Below are positions 61,860 through 64,000 of a stretch of 64,000 bases of DNA, one piece after another. Position numbers and translations under genes: made by a program. The DNA lies in assembly GCA_051362555.1 (NCBI GenBank), contig CM120645.1:18414001-18478000 (forward strand). Reading direction: 5' to 3'. The notes under the pieces were generated by a model that worked only from the letters and a program-made list of their open reading frames with translations, was not told where the DNA came from and did no database searches. Origin of the DNA: Lingula anatina (taxonomy: Eukaryota > Animalia > Brachiopoda). Every line of letters begins with the position of its first letter. Position 1 is the stretch's first letter.

Positions 61860-64000
61860 GTATGTAGCATTTGATAGGGTTTGTTCAGCCTTTAATGTGA
61901 CTTATTTGAATACAGAGAACATGCTGCAGTGCATTTTATTTCTTACGTGGCTGAAAAAGTGTTTAAAAACTTGATTTGGGATATTTGATTTACTGTAGCA
62001 TGTAGGACATCTACAGAGTTGCTGTGGTTGATTTTAATATGGTGTTTTATGGTGTGTAATGATCATATGATTAACTACCCTGACATTTAATGGGCACTTC
62101 AAAAGTCCAGTTAAGTTATGGTTAATGATGCTGCTTGATCTACTGTTCTAATATGTTCACATACATATGTACCACTGTGCATGTGTAAAGGTTTATTCTG
62201 GTGTAACTGTGCAGTAAAGTACTTTTACACTACAAACCTGTAAGCTGAAACCTATTCAGTTGATGAATTAAACCATTGTGTACTGAGTCTACTCCTGCAC
62301 CCATTTGATATAACGGTTATAATGCATTTAAATTTAGTACCTGTTTAGCCAGTCATCCAAAAAAAAGGTGTGAATCTACATATAGCTGCCTCTGAATAGT
62401 CTTATGTACAGACACATCATGTCTACAGACACATCATGTCTGTACATATAGCCATCACCTGTGTCTGCTGTCGCCATAGTCATTGCTCTCACTGTGCTTT
62501 TTCAGAGATAGCACACTTCAAGGAAAACCTATATGCAGTTTGCCTCACAGCTTATTTAATGGTTATTATAATTTTCACAAACATGTATATGAGAGGTAGG
62601 TGTATGGAAAAACACTGGTAAGATTTGGATTTGTTTTTAATAGCATAAGTACAACAGACACATTCTATCCAGGGATGTTTAAAGAAGTTTCAGAGTGCCA
62701 GAGAGGTGACAGGAAGAAATAAGACTAAAGAAATTACTTATATAGCCAAAAAAGGCAGAACTTGGGGTGGTATATGTTTTTGTCTTCTTTGCAGGTCATC
62801 TTACATGTGTAAGTATATTTAATAAATTATATACATTTTTGCATAAATAAATTACAAGTGCTTTGATGAAATAGTGGGATGGGTGTGGTATATTATACGT
62901 GTATGTAAGATAACAAGCAGTGATAGGTTCCTTTATACCAGGGTGTCAAAAACAGAATGCTAATACCTTTAGGTCAGAAGTCTGATGAAGTCCCTGTACT
63001 TAATAACTCCCATTTCAAATAATGACATGTTTTTCGTGTAACCATTTCGATTTATGAAGTCTTTAGATATAATTAAGTTACTGTTCAGATCAATATGATC
63101 TGGTAAGTTACCATCGTTCTGAATATTAACCAAAGACATTCATTTTTAAGGGGCCACAATGTGCTCACCAGGTGTTATAAATATTTAATTAGGCACCTTT
63201 TTGAATCTCTGTCAAACTAACATTTCCTGGTTATTCAGATTTTAAAAATTCATTTATGTAGCAACCCGACTTACTGGTATGTTCTCAGCTTTTAAGACGG
63301 CTACACTGAAACAAAGTATTACTGATTACAAATTTAATAAAATAACTGTATAAGCAAAAATACATGTATCGGGTAAAAATATTTGCTTTTTACAACATTA
63401 GGAAGTTCTGATTAATCTGTTTTATCTTATTACGGGAACTGTGCGAACAATTTTAACAAGTCTGTGGGCCTTCCTGATTTCTTTTTGTTTCAAATGTTTA
63501 ATTTGAAGTTCACAACAACAACAACCCACCATCACTGTCGAATTCAAATGCTAGTTATGCTGACAGTTTCAAATTAATTGAGTACCAGTTGTTAATTACT
63601 TGTCCTTCACAATCCCTGTACATATAAGAAGAGATAGTCTTTGTTCAGGTACACCGCTTTGCACGACTTGGGATAAAATTTGTTTACAGAAAGAACTAAG
63701 CGCAAAGATTCTTAGGCGACGACTACAGTTGCAACAGCATTCCACATTTTAACAATCTTCTTAGCAAGTCAAGCCATACTTGATATCAATTTTTTTTTAT
63801 TTAAATAGTGCAGAAGTTGTAAATCATAGAGTTTTATAAATTGGTGAAAATTCCAGTTGCGGGAAATTGAATATATATAAAATATTGCCTCATTGAAAAG
63901 ATCAAAGAATTATCATATTGCTGCATTTGGTCAGTGTTTAATTGTCCCTTGTGGATAAAAACTAGGTGTAAGCAATTTAATCACTTGCCACATTAACTCT

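Noticed and set aside
63640-63760. Candidate final GPKOW exon after ttgttcag
   Set aside because: Phase-0 translation VHRFARLGIKFVYRKN* does not resemble the expected KOW C-terminus; the last exon probably lies beyond the window

Overview
AT-rich metazoan genomic DNA, probably a lophotrochozoan such as a mollusc (inferred from the repeat content). No prokaryotic features are present. The window carries eight phase-consistent internal coding exons of GPKOW (G-patch and KOW motif splicing factor) on the + strand; both gene ends lie outside the window. One GPKOW intron (6711-55494, 48,784 bp) is far larger than the others and interrupts the first KOW motif. It hosts two convergent, divergent paralogous genes for secreted LRR-only proteins. 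One has a single-exon CDS on + (20349-21452); the other has two coding exons on - (39114-38990 plus 37723-36802). Both have the same LRR layout and share an extra Cys in the last LRR plus a Cys as the final residue. The rest is dominated by transposon debris: a Helentron/HINE-like family with internal tandem arrays (every copy seen is in one orientation), a decayed hAT element with a 7-bp TSD, Harbinger-group, piggyBac-, Kolobok- and mariner-like MITEs, fold-back inverted repeats, a 36-bp minisatellite and a degenerate hammerhead ribozyme motif.
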